Below are positions 1 through 9,218 of a stretch of DNA of 32,000 nt, piece after piece (within the stretch, counting starts at the first letter, position 1; each line of letters begins with the position of its first letter). The DNA is taken from positions 119,611 through 151,610 of the forward strand of contig JBAYVT010000004.1 of the NCBI GenBank assembly GCA_041674405.1. Direction: 5' to 3'. The notes beneath the pieces are model-generated. The model was not told the origin of the DNA, did no database searches, and saw only the letters and a list, made by a program, of their open reading frames with translations. The DNA comes from Patescibacteria group bacterium. Its GTDB lineage: Bacteria; Patescibacteriota; UBA1384; XYA2-FULL-43-10. A program made the translations under genes and the position numbers.

Positions 1-1040
1 CTGTGCCCACCCGCTTTGAAGCCCACCTTTTTGATATGGGATAAAAATTCCGCTGGATCCTTGATGGACCTAAGGTCTTTGTAAAACCGAATTTCGCCAA
101 TTCCGTTCCCGGCACCCTCTGATAGCTCCGCAGCTATAATCAAACAACCGCCGGTTTTTATAATCGGATTTTCAACGTCGAGTAAATAATTTATTACCCT
201 AGAGGCCTGATACAGGTTTGAATCCTTGGGAAACCCCAAACCGCAAATGGCCGCATCGGCCACACCATCTACTGATAATATAAAATTCTCTTTTACAAAC
301 TTGATCCCATCCTTGTAAACCTTTTCAAGCTGGCCGGAAAAGCACTTTAGAAGATTTCCCTGGGCATCATTCACCAAATTAATTGAGTAATCGATTTTTA
401 TTGGTTTGATAATTTCCCAAAGAGTTTGATGAAAAGGATTCGACTCGGTCTCGCAAAGTTTTGTGTTCTCATCTCCAAGAAATTTAAGGCTATGGGTTGC
501 ATTTATTGTCGGTTCTCCGGCGCAACCTATCGCGATTGTTTTTGGGCCGCCGCTAAAGCCGGCATATAGATGAGGCTCAATTACCCCTATCGTCATAATA
601 AAATCATGGTTTAACAACAATTTGTTTAAAACAATTGGGACCCCCAAGGATGTAACACCCAGATTTTTGTGTGTTTTTTTGTCTTGTGTATGAGAAATAA
701 TCCGATATCTCTCTGCAATTTCTTGCCCGAACATCTCGTTTATTTGCTCTTTGTCCTGGGCTTTATGCAGGCCCGTTGCAATCAATATCTCTACTTCACA
801 ACCAGTTTTTTCAAACATCGGCAAAACTGCTTCCAAAATTTCATTAAGATGGGCCTTGCGCGTAATGTCAGGCACTACAATCAGTGCTTTTTTCCTGCCC
901 TGGATTATATTTTCCAAATCGGTAAAATCGGTTTTTGTATCCGCGATTTTTGATGGGCCCAGAGGCTTGATTATGCCAAGGAGATTTTTGCCTGAAAGGT
1001 TTACAGAAACTTGTTTTTTACCATAAGAAATATAGTGCAT
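1..1040 (-). CDS. LarA-like (nickel-dependent lactate racemase / DUF2088 family) protein, 3' end truncated by window edge
   Basis: Absent from the supplied ORF track because it is open at the edge. Manual minus-strand translation from ATG at 1040 gives MHYISYGKKQVSVNLSGKNLLGIIKPLG...PDITRKAHLNEILEAVLPMFEKTGCEVEILIATGLHKAQDKEQINEMFG...MTIGVIEPHLYAGFSGGPKTIAIGCAGEPTINATHS, which matches the LarA N-terminal domain pattern. Confidence 0.85.
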   Translation of the reverse strand, partial: MHYISYGKKQVSVNLSGKNLLGIIKPLGPSKIADTKTDFTDLENIIQGRKKALIVVPDITRKAHLNEILEAVLPMFEKTGCEVEILIATGLHKAQDKEQINEMFGQEIAERYRIISHTQDKKTHKNLGVTSLGVPIVLNKLLLNHDFIMTIGVIEPHLYAGFSGGPKTIAIGCAGEPTINATHSLKFLGDENTKLCETESNPFHQTLWEIIKPIKIDYSINLVNDAQGNLLKCFSGQLEKVYKDGIKFVKENFILSVDGVADAAICGLGFPKDSNLYQASRVINYLLDVENPIIKTGGCLIIAAELSEGAGNGIGEIRFYKDLRSIKDPAEFLSHIKKVGFKAGGH

Positions 1041-1062
1041 TTATAACTCTAGTGTTAAATAT

Positions 1063-1869
1063 TTACAGGGTTTTGAATAATTTATATGGCCAACGGATGA
1101 TGCGCATTATCAGTGTGGCCAGCCTTCCATTGTGTTTATACCAAAAATACGTTTGTGATCTGTAATAATATTTCTTGCGGGCGCTGCTAGTTTTTATGCT
1201 TCTTCCTTCTAAGTGAATAATCTTGGCAGAATTCAAAACTGCGTTTTGGTACCCAACGTCCGAGAGGCGTTTGCAAAGATCATCATCTTCTAAATACATA
1301 AATATGTTTCTGTCGAAACCACCTACGTCCTCAAATTTCTTACGTTCAAGCATCATGGCGGCACCAACTACGATATCAGCAGTAAAGTACTCTTTTGAAA
1401 AATCAATCTTATGGTCGTTGTAACGGCGGATAGTTACGGAACCGAGATTTTGAAATGATGCAAAAAAGTTTTTTTGAATTATTCCGTCCTCATGATATAG
1501 GAGCGGCGATAGGGCACCAATTTTGGGATGTTTATCTAGAAAAGAAACCATTTTTGATGGAGAGTCATCCGTCAGAAGAGTGTCCGAGTTCAAAAACCAC
1601 AGATATTTTCCTTTAGCATCTTTTGCGCCTAAGTTATTCCCCTTACCAAAACCAAGATTGGTTTTTGAAAAAATGACCTTGATTTTTTCAGGAGGCAGTA
1701 ATTTGCGGAGTTTTACTGAATCTATCTTTGACTTGTCGCCGGATCCGTTGTCGACAACTATTACCTCGTAATTTAGCCGGACATATTTTGCAATTGTTCG
1801 CAAAGAATCCTGTACCAGATCAGGCGTGTTGTAATTTATCATGACAATTGAGAGTTCCGGCGTTTTCAT
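1063..1869 (-). CDS. Family 2 glycosyltransferase
   Basis: LSIVMINYNTPDLVQDSLRTI...EVIVVDNGSGDKS...GFGKGNNLGAKDAKGKYLWFLNSDT...GGFDRNIFMYLEDDDLCKRL: GT-A fold, GT2 motifs. Confidence 0.93.
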   Translation of the reverse strand: MKTPELSIVMINYNTPDLVQDSLRTIAKYVRLNYEVIVVDNGSGDKSKIDSVKLRKLLPPEKIKVIFSKTNLGFGKGNNLGAKDAKGKYLWFLNSDTLLTDDSPSKMVSFLDKHPKIGALSPLLYHEDGIIQKNFFASFQNLGSVTIRRYNDHKIDFSKEYFTADIVVGAAMMLERKKFEDVGGFDRNIFMYLEDDDLCKRLSDVGYQNAVLNSAKIIHLEGRSIKTSSARKKYYYRSQTYFWYKHNGRLATLIMRIIRWPYKLFKTL

Positions 1870-1889
1870 AACGTTTGTTGGGGATTCGA

Positions 1890-2840
1890 TTAGAAAAAAC
1901 CCATTAATTTATCCATATAACGAAAAGATACCTTGCGTTCGCGCAGAATTTTCTTTCGCTTTTCAATCATTTTTCCATGCTCGCTGATACATGTTTTGAC
2001 GGCCCAGATATATTCAGTGAAATATCCTTTTACGATTGCTGCTGCTAAAAATCGGAGCTCAGAAAGCAGAATCAGGGGGGAATAAATAATTATTCTGCTC
2101 AAAGGAAAATTTTTGTACATCACATGCCAGCGGTTTTTATTGATGTATTTAAACACAAACCCAGATTTTTTGCCTGCAGAAGCAGACCCCATGTGATAGA
2201 TTATGGCACCTGGCACAAAGAGGCATTTAAATCCTGCATATTGGGCCCTTAAGCTGATATCAACGTCCTCTAGATACATAAAGAAATCTTCGTCAAATAA
2301 ACCGATTTTTTCAAATAGCGCTTTTCTGTATACGGAAGCTCCTGCGCAGGCACCAAAAACATATTTTTCAGAATCAAAGTTTTCGTTGTTTTTTTCGTAT
2401 TTTCCGATATTATACGCCCGCCCCCACCAGTTCATCGCATCTCCGGCGGCGGCGATAATTTCGCGGTGATAATAATCAATCATTTTAGAAGCAAAAAACC
2501 CCGCTTCGGGATGATTTTTGGCTGCCACATACATCTCTGAAACCCAATTTTCATCAACTTCGGTGTCGTTATTTATGAGCCCGATTAATTCTGAATTTGC
2601 AGCCTTAATTCCCACGTTGACTGCTATTGAAAAACCGCAATTTTCTTTAAGTTTGATGAGTTTTACTTGTTTGTATTTTTTGATTATTGTTTCAGATTGG
2701 TCGCCGGATCCATTGTCCACGACAATAATTTCAATATTGTTTTCCGACTGATGGAGCAATGAATCCAGGCATTTTGATAGAAATTTCTCTCCGTTCCAAT
2801 TGGGAATAACAATGCTTAGTTTTACTTTTTGAGTTTGCAA
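1890..2840 (-). CDS. Family 2 glycosyltransferase
   Basis: KLSIVIPNWNGEKFLSKCLDSLLHQ...IIVVDNGSGDQS...SELIGLINNDTEVDENW...GLFDEDFFMYLEDVDISLRAQ: GT2 motifs. Confidence 0.93.
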   Translation of the reverse strand: MQTQKVKLSIVIPNWNGEKFLSKCLDSLLHQSENNIEIIVVDNGSGDQSETIIKKYKQVKLIKLKENCGFSIAVNVGIKAANSELIGLINNDTEVDENWVSEMYVAAKNHPEAGFFASKMIDYYHREIIAAAGDAMNWWGRAYNIGKYEKNNENFDSEKYVFGACAGASVYRKALFEKIGLFDEDFFMYLEDVDISLRAQYAGFKCLFVPGAIIYHMGSASAGKKSGFVFKYINKNRWHVMYKNFPLSRIIIYSPLILLSELRFLAAAIVKGYFTEYIWAVKTCISEHGKMIEKRKKILRERKVSFRYMDKLMGFF

Positions 2841-2855
2841 TCTGTTTGTTCCGTA

Positions 2856-4274
2856 TTACGACTTTAATATTTCTCGAAAGGTCTGTGGCTTGACAACATT
2901 AAATAGGTATAACAACAGAAAATATAAGGCGACTACGACTGGAATGAGTATGAGAAAATTCAAGTGGCTCTGTTTGCTTAGAAATCCGACAACCAAAGCA
3001 AGGAAAGCCGCCAAGAGCACCTTGAAAATTAATCGGAAATTAAATCGATATCCGACAATTTTCTGGGTGTAGTGAGCATTGATCAAGAGGAGCAACAACT
3101 CGGAAACAACGGTGGTAACGGCGGCGCCAATAAATGAGAAGAGGGGAATAAAAATCAGGTTAGCTATAAGATTAAACGATAAAATAAAAATCGAAATTTT
3201 TATCAACAATTTTCTCTCATCATTGGCAAGGAGAATTTCGCCAAGCAAATTATCAAAATATATTAAGGGCAAAGCAAAGGACAAAATCATCAAAGCCCAA
3301 CTTCCAGATAGAAAATCTGCATTACTGAGAAACAATATTATTTCCTTGGAAAACACAACGCAGGTTATTGTCAGAGGCATAGCAACTGCCAGCATAATAG
3401 TAATTGATTTCTCAATAATGTTCCCAACCGATGCTTTGTTACTCTGGATGTTTTGAGAAATGGCTGGTTTGAGCGCTGAGGAAAAATATGACCCGATAAA
3501 AGCTGTGACTTCCAAAACTTTGTAAGCAACTGTGTAGATACCGACAGCAACACTGCCCTTGATAGCAAAAAGTAGCAAGGTGTCCAGTTTGAAATAAAGA
3601 TTATTAATGATAAATACAATTCCTAGCGGCCAAGAGAGCGATAGTATCCAATTTGAAATTTGCCGATCATATTTTGGCACAAAGCTAGTAAATTTTATTG
3701 AGAACAGCCATTTAAAGATATAAATAAGCACGCCGGTAAGAGCGACAGTCGAGACAACCCAAAGGAAGCTGCCATGCATTCGTATAATCACATACAAAGC
3801 GATAATTGCGGCAAGTTTACTCAAAAATTCGGCTGTAGCCGAATATTGCATCTTGAGGCGATATTGCAAAACAATATCATAAATGCTTCCTAGTAAATTG
3901 AAAAGCAAAAAACCCGTCGCGATCAAAACGCCCAATTTTATATTGAAATTGTATTTTGTAGCAAATACGAGCGCTGACGCAATAATACAGGCAAGAAGCG
4001 CAGATACGAGCCTGATTAAAAAAACATTTGATAAGATTTTCTTTTCGTTATTGGGATTTTTAGCGATTTCCCTAACCGCTACAGAGAACAAACCCAGATC
4101 GGCAATTACAATAAAAAAATTGATATAAGTCGTTATTGTGTTATATTCACCAACACCGGCTGTGCCCAGATAATTGGTTAAAAGCTTGATCGAAACCAAC
4201 GTAAAAACCAAAGTAACCAACCTTACGGTCACTTGGGATACGGTATTTATAAATACGGCTTTTTTATCAAACAT
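2856..4274 (-). CDS. Wzx-type polysaccharide flippase / oligosaccharide transporter (MOP superfamily)
   Basis: About 470 aa polytopic membrane protein. N-terminus MFDKKAVFINTVSQVTVRLVTLVFTLVSIKLLTNYLGTAGVGEYNT... is typical of the RfbX/MATE-like family. Start chosen at MFDKK rather than the longer ORF start at 4328. Confidence 0.88.
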   Translation of the reverse strand: MFDKKAVFINTVSQVTVRLVTLVFTLVSIKLLTNYLGTAGVGEYNTITTYINFFIVIADLGLFSVAVREIAKNPNNEKKILSNVFLIRLVSALLACIIASALVFATKYNFNIKLGVLIATGFLLFNLLGSIYDIVLQYRLKMQYSATAEFLSKLAAIIALYVIIRMHGSFLWVVSTVALTGVLIYIFKWLFSIKFTSFVPKYDRQISNWILSLSWPLGIVFIINNLYFKLDTLLLFAIKGSVAVGIYTVAYKVLEVTAFIGSYFSSALKPAISQNIQSNKASVGNIIEKSITIMLAVAMPLTITCVVFSKEIILFLSNADFLSGSWALMILSFALPLIYFDNLLGEILLANDERKLLIKISIFILSFNLIANLIFIPLFSFIGAAVTTVVSELLLLLINAHYTQKIVGYRFNFRLIFKVLLAAFLALVVGFLSKQSHLNFLILIPVVVALYFLLLYLFNVVKPQTFREILKS

Positions 4275-4282
4275 TAAATCCC

Positions 4283-6145
4283 TTAACGAGCCTCTGTATA
4301 AACGTGGCCAGTTCCAACAAACTCCCAAATCTTAGTAAGTGCCCCATTGTATCCGTAAAAGGTGAAGGCATTTTCTGATCCATCTCCATCAAGATCTAGA
4401 AACGCAACATTGTTATTATTGGTTGGGCACCAGTTGCCCTTACCGCTATCAAACCATCTTTCGGAAGTGAGAGTTGCGCCATCCTCGTGGAATATCCATA
4501 ATTTCATATATGAATTTCCATAATTATACACTACAGCAATTTCATCCTTACTATCACCATCGATATTTCCTGCGGAAAGCTCATTTCCAGAACTAAAGGC
4601 CCAGCTACCCTTACCGCTATCAAATTTTGAGCTTAAAACAAAAGTCGAACCAGATAGCTTAAAATTCCAGATTCTTGCTTGGGAATTTCCATAATCATAC
4701 ATTGCTGCGATTTCGGTCTTGCCGTCTCCATCAAAATCACCCGATGTCAGGTTGCCGGTTCGGCCAAATGCCCAATTCCAAATTCCGCTATCATATTTAA
4801 CTGATGGAGTTAGCGAACCATCACCATTTGCCTTAAATACCCAAACTTTCATCTGTCCCAAACCATAATCATACATTGCTGCGATTTCGGTCTTGCCGTC
4901 TCCATCAAAATCACCCGCAACAATATTGCTCATACTTGAAAATGACCAATTACCCGGTCCACTATCGAAAAGTTTTTGGGGGCTTAAATTTGAGCCGGAT
5001 TTGACATATGCCCAAATTGCAGTTTGCAGATTGCCGTAATTGTAAGGAATTGCCAATGCGGGATTGCTACCGACGGTGTAGGGCACCGACTTTCCTTTGG
5101 AACTAAAGAGCCAATTACCGGCACCAGAATCGTATTTTGGCGAAAGGGAAAGAGATTGATAAAAGTTTGCCTCTACGATCGCTCCGTCTGCCATGGTTTT
5201 TTTGCATACGCCGTTATCAATGGTATTGCATCCCGACCAATTGGCGAATTCAGATGCTGGATTATTGACTGCTGTGATAGAAATCGAAGTATCTTCTGGA
5301 ATTTGATAATTACAATTTGTGCTCTCGCAATTTGCAGTTGTTCCGCCATAAGAAATATTAACTGATCCCCCGGGAGATACGCGAATCGTAATTATACTTT
5401 CAAAATAGATTTTGTATAGCTTCCAAAAGTTATAATTTCCATTAAAAACATGGGGCGTGTATCTATAAAGCGAAGCTGTTGCCCTGTTGGCCGGAGTTAC
5501 GTTATAAGTTCCACTCCAGTCTGAAAAAGCCGTAGTTTGGCCAACTTGATAATCCGAAAATCCGTAATCTTGCGCTCGATACCAATTGTACCGGAATTGC
5601 CATGCTGCCCAGTCAACCTGTTTTGTAAACCCTAGTTTTGTAGGATCGCAACCACCCGAATCAGGACAACCGTAACCCATTGCGTGGGTAAGAGCGTAAT
5701 TTACATCTCCATACCCTCCGGAAATTAAACTCTGTTCTTTCTGGAGAGTTGCCAGGATAATGTGAGGACTGACCGTGCCTGTCGTCTGATTGATATCCGG
5801 AAAATCGGGATACCCATATGGTTTCCAGCCATTTGACCTTGAGTCATATGAATTTCCTTGGGCAGCATCCCAAATTATCTGGGCAGCAGATCTGCCATTC
5901 TCAAAATAGCCGGCAAGATATGATCCTTTCTCATTCAAGAAACGCTGAATTTCTTCAACGCTCATTGAGTCCTTGGCAATGAAAGCGTCATCCGAAATTA
6001 GATTGTTATAATAATGCCCATTTAAAAAATACGATGAAGATGTATCGGAAGCATAGGCATTTTTACTCCCGACATAAAAGATGCCTCCGATGGTAATAAG
6101 GGCCAAAAGGGCAATATTTACAAATTTTTTTCTATTGAACCACAT
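4283..6145 (-). CDS. Secreted protein: N-terminal lysozyme/glucosaminidase-like region, InlB-type B-repeat-like region, C-terminal FG-GAP/VCBS repeats
   Basis: Signal peptide MWFNRKKFVNIALLALITIGGIFYVGSKNAYA; PHIILATLQKEQSLI...AMGYGCPDSGG; ITIRVSPGGSVNISYGG...NWSGC; about five DSGxGNWxFSS...GDFDGDGKTEIAAMYDYG repeats. Confidence 0.8.
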   Translation of the reverse strand: MWFNRKKFVNIALLALITIGGIFYVGSKNAYASDTSSSYFLNGHYYNNLISDDAFIAKDSMSVEEIQRFLNEKGSYLAGYFENGRSAAQIIWDAAQGNSYDSRSNGWKPYGYPDFPDINQTTGTVSPHIILATLQKEQSLISGGYGDVNYALTHAMGYGCPDSGGCDPTKLGFTKQVDWAAWQFRYNWYRAQDYGFSDYQVGQTTAFSDWSGTYNVTPANRATASLYRYTPHVFNGNYNFWKLYKIYFESIITIRVSPGGSVNISYGGTTANCESTNCNYQIPEDTSISITAVNNPASEFANWSGCNTIDNGVCKKTMADGAIVEANFYQSLSLSPKYDSGAGNWLFSSKGKSVPYTVGSNPALAIPYNYGNLQTAIWAYVKSGSNLSPQKLFDSGPGNWSFSSMSNIVAGDFDGDGKTEIAAMYDYGLGQMKVWVFKANGDGSLTPSVKYDSGIWNWAFGRTGNLTSGDFDGDGKTEIAAMYDYGNSQARIWNFKLSGSTFVLSSKFDSGKGSWAFSSGNELSAGNIDGDSKDEIAVVYNYGNSYMKLWIFHEDGATLTSERWFDSGKGNWCPTNNNNVAFLDLDGDGSENAFTFYGYNGALTKIWEFVGTGHVYTEAR

Positions 6146-6632
6146 TTTGTAAAATATCCAATTGTGTTTTAAGATCCTCATTGTTTGGCAATACATCAAG
6201 CCCTTGTTCTATCACCTTGATTGCATCCTGTTTTCTTTGAAGGCCAGCCAAAGCTTGTGATTTTCCAATATAAAATTTTGCATCATCTTGTCTTAATAAA
6301 AGCGCTTTATCAAAGTAATCCAGCGCCTGGACATAATTTTTTTGGTTTAAATTTTTCTCTCCCGCTTCGTAAAGAGAATATGGGTCAGACTGGTCAATGT
6401 TATTTGAACTCTTGGTCTCCTCGGATGTCGCTTGCCCTTTGTTGTCGAAATTGTCGGTTGTGCCAGAATTAGAGTCAATATTCTCACTGGTTAGATTTTC
6501 CTCTTGAGTGCTGGCTGGTGAACTTTCTTCAACCCTAGAATAACGCCAATATCCGATTACGATACCGCACAATACAACAACCAAAATCATACCGACAAAT
6601 ATGATCGTTCTTTTTCTGTTTTGAAAATTAAT
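6132..6632 (-). CDS. Membrane-anchored TPR protein, probable ATT start at 6632 (ORF track begins at ATG 6590)
   Basis: One TM helix (IIFVGMILVVVLCGIVIGYW) then TPRs: YSLYEAGEKNLNQKNYVQALDYFDKALLLRQDDAKFYIGKSQALAGLQRKQDAIKVIEQGLDVLPNNEDLK. GAGGAG Shine-Dalgarno five nt before the ATT. Confidence 0.75.
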   Translation of the reverse strand: MNFQNRKRTIIFVGMILVVVLCGIVIGYWRYSRVEESSPASTQEENLTSENIDSNSGTTDNFDNKGQATSEETKSSNNIDQSDPYSLYEAGEKNLNQKNYVQALDYFDKALLLRQDDAKFYIGKSQALAGLQRKQDAIKVIEQGLDVLPNNEDLKTQLDILQNVVQ

Positions 6633-6673
6633 ACTTACTCCTCAATCCCCGTAAAACTGATTCCTACGAAAAT

Positions 6674-6703
6674 ATTATACCACAGGTGTTAAATGCTCGT
6701 GAA
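6674..6703 (-). promoter_or_regulatory. Sigma70-like promoter for the minus-strand TPR/FG-GAP/flippase/GT genes
   Basis: Minus strand TTCACG-N18-TATAAT (-10 is revcomp of attata 6674-6679; -35 is revcomp of cgtgaa 6698-6703). Confidence 0.65.
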
Positions 6704-6723
6704 ATCTATGATAAACTTAATTC

Positions 6724-8010
6724 GTGGATAGTAATGTACTAAAAAATAAGATCCTTCCAGTGATAATTTCATCGCTTTTTTTCTTTATGCCATTCGAGAG
6801 AATTCCCACGATAGAAATCGCCGGCTTTACGGTTAAAATCAGTTATCTGATCGGAGTTGTTTTCATTTTGATTGCAGCTACCGCCGGAATTGGCAAACTT
6901 TTTTTAAGGCACAGGCTTTCGGCCATTGACTGGTCGCTTCTAATTCTCTGGATTTTTGGTGCGCTTAGCCTTGTTAGGGCAGAAAATTTGATGCGCAGCC
7001 TGGCCACAATCATAATGTGGACATTTGTATTTATCATCTTTTTATTATTATCACGGTATCTAAAAAACAAAAAAATTCTTGCGCAAGCTGAAAATTGGTT
7101 ACTTGTCGCAACACTGATCGCTTGTATTTTTGGTATTTATCAATTCGTAGGAGATTCATTGGGCCTCTCGGCAGCATACACCGGGCTTCGCCTCCGTTAT
7201 ACAAAAGAAATATTGGGTTTTCCTCGGATACAATCATTTGCTCTTGAACCATTGTATTTTGCTAATTTCTTATTTGTGCCGTTGTTTATTACAATTCGAA
7301 ATCATATCCAGTCGGGAGAAAAAGTATTTGGAAAATATTTTTGGTTGGCAACACTTATTTTTGTGAATATAATTTTGTCTGTTTCCCGGGGTGCATACTT
7401 TGCCCTCGCGATCACCATGTTATCTGCCTTGCTGATTTTTTGTTTTAGTTGTGGTCGTAAATATTTAAAACGATTTAGCCATATTATAATTGCCGCAGTT
7501 TTTGCCCTCGCAATTTCGATCTCTCTTATCGGCATTTTCGATGGAAAAGAACAAATTCTTAGTTTTAAAAACCACGCTTTTATTGATGATTCCACAAATG
7601 CTGCTTCAGTGGTTGGGAGGCAAAAGGGATATGTTATTGCCTGGAATCAATTTAAGGCAAGCCCTGTTTTTGGCATTGGTATTGGCAACTCCGGCATTCT
7701 TTCAACGCCGGTGGTAGAGCATGGCGAGACATTTACTTACGGCTCTCTCAATAATGAATATTTAGAAATTCTGTCGGAAACGGGAATATTGGGATTTGCC
7801 GCATTTATAGGATTCCTCGTTTTTATGTTAGTGCTTATTTTCCGTAGCATAAAGTCAGCAAATGATGATAATAAAACCGATATTGCGTTGGTCGCTTTAG
7901 GTTGTCTGGCAATTTTTATTCAATATAATTTCTTTTCCACCCTTTACATTATTTATATCTGGGCATTCCTTGCGCTCTTAAGGGCCAAGGCAGAGGAGGC
8001 TATGGCATGA
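6724..8010 (+). CDS. O-antigen ligase/polymerase family (Wzy_C) membrane protein
   Basis: GTG start; polytopic; VGRQKGYVIAWNQFKASPVFGIGIGNSGI...YGSLNNEYLEILSETGILGFAAFIGFLVFM signature. Confidence 0.87.
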   Translation: MDSNVLKNKILPVIISSLFFFMPFERIPTIEIAGFTVKISYLIGVVFILIAATAGIGKLFLRHRLSAIDWSLLILWIFGALSLVRAENLMRSLATIIMWTFVFIIFLLLSRYLKNKKILAQAENWLLVATLIACIFGIYQFVGDSLGLSAAYTGLRLRYTKEILGFPRIQSFALEPLYFANFLFVPLFITIRNHIQSGEKVFGKYFWLATLIFVNIILSVSRGAYFALAITMLSALLIFCFSCGRKYLKRFSHIIIAAVFALAISISLIGIFDGKEQILSFKNHAFIDDSTNAASVVGRQKGYVIAWNQFKASPVFGIGIGNSGILSTPVVEHGETFTYGSLNNEYLEILSETGILGFAAFIGFLVFMLVLIFRSIKSANDDNKTDIALVALGCLAIFIQYNFFSTLYIIYIWAFLALLRAKAEEAMA

Positions 8011-9218
8011 ATTATTTGATCTATCTTAATGTTCTCTTGATCCCATCCTACATATTCCGGTTCGAATTATGCGGCATTCCAACCAATGTTTTTGAGATTG
8101 CTGTTGCTATAACTTTTATTGCGTTTCTCGCAGTTCAAATTGCCAAGAAGAAAAAAATAAAAATCAACAATGTCGATTGGGCGATCATATTTTTCCTGTT
8201 TTTTGCCTTTTTGGCAATTCTGATTTCACCTGACAAAAGGGCAGCGTTAGGGATTTTTAAAAGCTGGTTTATAGCTCCATCATTACTATATTTTATTACG
8301 AAGGAAACTATAGCCAAAAAAGACGCTTATAAACTTGCAATTCCGGTTTTCATTTCACTTATGCTAGTGACAGCTTGGGCGATTTTGCAAAAACTTGGTA
8401 TCATTTCAACTCTTTTCTATCAGGTAAACGATCTTACCTTCAATCAATATCTTCATGGCAATGTTCGTCTCTTTGGCCCGTTTGGTTCACCAAATTATCT
8501 GGCCATGTTCATTGTGCCGTCATTTTTTCTTTCGTTAGCACTTTTTTCGAAAATAAAGAATGTAGCTCTGAAAATTCTTTTTTTACTGCTTGAGGTTGCA
8601 CCACTAGTAGTCCTATACTACACGAAATCCCGCGGTGGGGTTCTCGCTTTGGGATTTGGAATGGTAATCTATGTTCTCGTTTATTCGTTGCACAAATTCA
8701 ATATTTACAAATCGTTGAATCTAAGAGCGATCATTACTTCGATCATGGCGGTCCTAACTTTTCTTGTATATGCCTTTGGGTTTTATTCTCCAAATGATCA
8801 TGCCAGGCGCGAAATATACCGATATGCTTGGCAAATGATTAAATCCCATCCGGTAACCGGTATTGGCCTCGATAATTTCCAGGGTGAGATTCTTAAACTC
8901 TCGGCTGGGAATATAAGCTTTCAACAAAATATTTTGTCCTATGCTCTGCACCCACACAATCTTTTTCTAGCGATGTGGCTTTATGTCGGTCTCGGCGGGT
9001 TGATCGCTTTTCTCATTCTCATTTTGCAATTTTTTGGCCGGGCATTTCATTCTTTGCATGATAAAATGGCTATCTTTCCGATTGCAGCGATGACTGCCAT
9101 GCTTGCCCACGGGTTGGTCGACACGACATTTTTCAAGAATGACCTATCAGCATTATTTTTTATCACCCTCGCCTTTGTAATTATTATCAACCAAAATGCC
9201 GAAAAAAATCCTCGATAA
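8007..9218 (+). CDS. O-antigen ligase/polymerase family (Wzy_C) membrane protein
   Basis: Overlaps the preceding gene by 4 nt. SRGGVLALG...RREIYRYAWQMIKSHPVTGIGLDNFQ...LHPHNLFLAMWLYVGLGGLIAFL. Confidence 0.88.
   Translation: MNYLIYLNVLLIPSYIFRFELCGIPTNVFEIAVAITFIAFLAVQIAKKKKIKINNVDWAIIFFLFFAFLAILISPDKRAALGIFKSWFIAPSLLYFITKETIAKKDAYKLAIPVFISLMLVTAWAILQKLGIISTLFYQVNDLTFNQYLHGNVRLFGPFGSPNYLAMFIVPSFFLSLALFSKIKNVALKILFLLLEVAPLVVLYYTKSRGGVLALGFGMVIYVLVYSLHKFNIYKSLNLRAIITSIMAVLTFLVYAFGFYSPNDHARREIYRYAWQMIKSHPVTGIGLDNFQGEILKLSAGNISFQQNILSYALHPHNLFLAMWLYVGLGGLIAFLILILQFFGRAFHSLHDKMAIFPIAAMTAMLAHGLVDTTFFKNDLSALFFITLAFVIIINQNAEKNPR

Noticed and set aside
669-1026. Plus-strand ORFs 669..953 and 751..1026
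   Set aside because: Antisense to the LarA-like gene, which has family motifs.
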